Below are positions 60,686 through 64,000 of a stretch of DNA of 64,000 bases, in pieces; within the stretch, counting starts at the first letter, position 1, and each line of letters opens with the position of its first letter. Under the pieces are notes generated by a model. The model was not told the origin of the DNA and did not search any database. It was given only the letters and a program-made list of their open reading frames with translations. The DNA lies in assembly GCF_009914755.1 (NCBI RefSeq), contig NC_060925.1. One strand, 5' to 3'. The translations under genes and the position numbers were made by a program. This DNA is from the human T2T-CHM13v2.0 reference genome, Homo sapiens.

Positions 60686-63600
60686 GTTTCATTTTCATAA
60701 TAGGCAAGAAGACTGTGACAAAAGTGTTAATAGTTTTATTTTATTTAAGCAGTTAACTCTATATAGAATAGTGACTATTTACTCATGAATTCAAATCTAA
60801 AATCCAAATAAAAGAACTGAGTTGTAAAATCACATATTTTAAATCTAGGAAGAATCTTGGATGTCATCTACTATAACTCTTATGACACCATCTTGAATGG
60901 TTATCCACCTCTGTTGGTATATATATATCCCCAGGAAAATTTTCAGTTTTTTGATTGATCTGATATAACTTTCACCCTCTGGTTCCATTACCAATAAGTA
61001 AATAGTGAGAGTGACAGGCATTTCCCACAAGGAGTCCACCTGCCACATCCTCAGCAGGGAGACCTTCCTTAGCTAACGAACATAAAGAACAACATGCCAC
61101 CTATGGACACATATGTAATCCATCCAGGGGTCTGTTACAGCAAGGATCAGTTTGGTAGTGGAATTGTGTGGGGAGGGTTATGGCTCCCAAAAAAATAATG
61201 GCTAAGACCATACATGCCTAACCATGTCTTATTAATCCACAGTGGATCTATGTCTTATAAATATATCCTACATAGCATATATATAAATTATTCTATAATA
61301 GAAATGATCCTATAATATATATTATCCTACAGAGAATAATATTGGTCTCATAGATTTATATTATTGATTTTATTTATGTATTCAGTGTGTATTGCTTTTT
61401 AGAAAAATTAATCCTATTTATTTACCATATTCTACCTGTTTTATTTGTCCTCAACCCTATTATGCTTCATTGGATAGATCTAATTATTAGAAGGTACTAG
61501 TTCTATATATCAATATTTGGTGTAGTGCCATGGCAAGATTAAACAATTCACCTCTCTCCACCACTAGTATGGTCGCATCTCAAGGGCTTAGGTCCCATGT
61601 TCTTCTATGCCCAGTTTTCTAGCACAGTGCTGGTTACAGGATAAGATCTCAAATGATATGCATTGAATTAATAAGTAGAAGAATGAATGCTTTATTGCTG
61701 AGTCATTCTTACACTTTAACAAGCATTCATTTTTCTAAGCCTAAAACTTAGGAACACAACTTGGTGTAAAATAAAGTATCTGAAGACAGAAGACATCCTC
61801 CAGTATTAGAGATTTGGGAATTGTTTCTATAGCTGATTGCGATTGTGCCTTTATTAACTTCAGGTTCAGAGAGGTTTGCATTTTCCTTGTCTTTTTCCAT
61901 TCCAGCCATAGAACTTCTGAGCTTCAGCAGAGTCTGAGTTCCCTTGCAGGGGTGAGTCATTTCACCTCCCATCTTTTCTTTTGAGAGTTCTTGCCAACCA
62001 CCTATTAACGTCTTCAGCCAGTTGGATGTCTAGTCAAAATTTACCCTGTGCTACACATTGTTTACTCATTTGTCATCATTTTACTCTAGTTTTGTAAAAT
62101 TTTATCTCCAAGTTTTTAAAAGTGAATTCATTGTCTAACGGGTGAAAAAAGCAGTCCTAGGTAATGGTATGCCATTAACGTGTTCCACATGGTGAGCCTC
62201 TCAGGTCTGCTGAACAGCAGAGACCTGATGTCATCTCTGAGATTTCCAATCAGAGACGGTCAAGTTGGCAAGTGTCCCCCTCTTGCTCATTTTTTCCCTG
62301 TTAGCTCCATTGACAACATAGGCCGTATCCAAACCACCTTTGTTCAGTGCTTTGGCTGTAATCACCTCTCCGGTTTCCAGGCCTCTTCTCTTTAGGCTTT
62401 TCAGGCTGCTCACTAGCCAAACCAACAGAATGTGCTGAAGAGAAGGAGAAAGAGGAAGAAGAGAAAGCAAGCCAAGGACCTCTTTTGCAAATTGATGATG
62501 GCTTGAAATCAATTTATTTGGAAAAATAGTCAGACTACAGAAAAAAACATCCTTGCAACATTTTCAATCCAAAAAAGATGGCAGTATCATTCCTTCAAAG
62601 TTCAGCAAATATTTGATAAGTACAACAATAATTATAATAAATTTCATGACCCTACTTGGTAGCACTCCAATGCATATTTCTGCTTTTCTTTTGTCTTGAG
62701 ATAGGGAGTTGCTTTTTAATGTTTCCTTTGTTTATTTTCTCTTTAGTTCTGACTTCCTTAATTTTTACTCTTCCCCATACTATTTGCTGGTGACACTGGT
62801 AACAAAGACAACGTATGCTATAGGTTGATAAGGCCATTGGTCTTCTCAGTAGAAGATGGAAAAGGACTAAGGGAAGCCTACTGAGACAGAGGTCTTGAAG
62901 TAATAAGAGAATTATCCAACCAGAAAAAAATACTTATAATACTAAGTTCAGGAAATATAAAGACAGAAAAGACACAGGGTCTCTACCCTTTATGACTGTC
63001 TTGTTTTTTAAAAAAGGAACAAGATATAAATGACTAGTTTCTGAACTATGCAGTAAATGTTACACTGAAGGCATGTATGCCAAGATGCCATGGAATATTG
63101 GGCAAGAATCACTTAATATACCTGAAAAAGTCAAGGAAGATTCCACAAAAGGCCAGTTATTTAAGCTTACTATTAAAGAGTAATCAGCAGTTTTCCATCC
63201 AGAAAAGAGTCAGTAAAAGTTTTTCTAGTAGACTTAACAGTATGTGCAAAGACTTGGAGGTATGCAAGAGAAGGCATGTTTTGGGGACATAGTTCAGGGT
63301 GACTGGAGCCTAGGGTACAGAATGGGAGAAGGGCAGTAGACACCATGAGCATTTATTCCATGACAGGTGCTTAGATTTTGTCCCATGGGTGGTGCTATGC
63401 CTCTGATCCCCTTTCTTTTCCCTTCTAGTATTTGAAAGGACATATAACTAGAATATACTGTTCCTTCAGATATAATTATCACATCTCAACATTCATAGAT
63501 TTTCTTGCTTGGTTTAGGTAAGGCCAAACCTTCCATACTTCTTTCTCCTTCACTGGATCTGAAATAGAATTACTCAGATCAAAATATCCAGATTACTCAG

Positions 63601-64000
63601 GAATGTTATTGTCCAGGGATATTCTAAAAGACCTCCCAGCAGAGGTGTGCAAATTGACTAAAAACCTAACCATCATTCAAAACTTGGTGTTAAATAGTAC
63701 CATAAGTATATCTACATGATGAAGTAGCTGTCATTAATGTGCCTTGCAATGGTTTGGGAGAACAAGTGTCCAATGGACAGATGCCTGGAGTTGAGTTAAA
63801 ATTGCTCCTTACCAAGTGATTCCCAACTTAAGAACCCTGTCCTCCCTTGGAGTATGAATCAGCAGTAATGGCAGTCCATAAAGAGTTTTCATTGACTCAA
63901 TAAGTGTAGTAATAACCCATGATCATACAAAGTTGGCTAACTAGAATATTAAGTTTCTTTGCATTTGACTGAAATTGTCTAACTTTAATTCAGTAATGCT

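Overview
Primate (very likely human, chr1p12) genomic DNA; no prokaryote-type features (CRISPR, rRNA, tRNA, operons). The right half holds the last two coding exons and 3' UTR of the T-box gene TBX15 on the minus strand (exons 58234-58331 and 43938-44722; poly(A) signal 42267-42272). The left half is repeat-rich intergenic DNA dominated by a full-length ~6.04 kb L1HS pre-Ta LINE-1 (11558-17600, + strand) with a perfect 16-bp TSD and uninterrupted ORF0, ORF1 and ORF2. Although both main ORFs are open, ORF2p carries His at endonuclease catalytic position 205 (D205H) while the RT FADD motif is intact, so this allele is predicted EN-dead but RT-competent. Other notable items: a cluster of non-consensus ORF2 residues (possible conversion tract), a ~150-bp inverted templated duplication inside an MLT1 LTR, a BC200-derived retrocopy, two three-level nested TE stacks, a 93-bp tandem duplication beside a perfect 13-bp hairpin, a ~430-bp purine tract with 12 consecutive GGAA in the last TBX15 intron, and AP-1 and CRE motif clusters. 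I do not see a wholly new biological system. Repeat subfamily names and L1 consensus comparisons are from memory and need RepeatMasker/Dfam or alignment confirmation.
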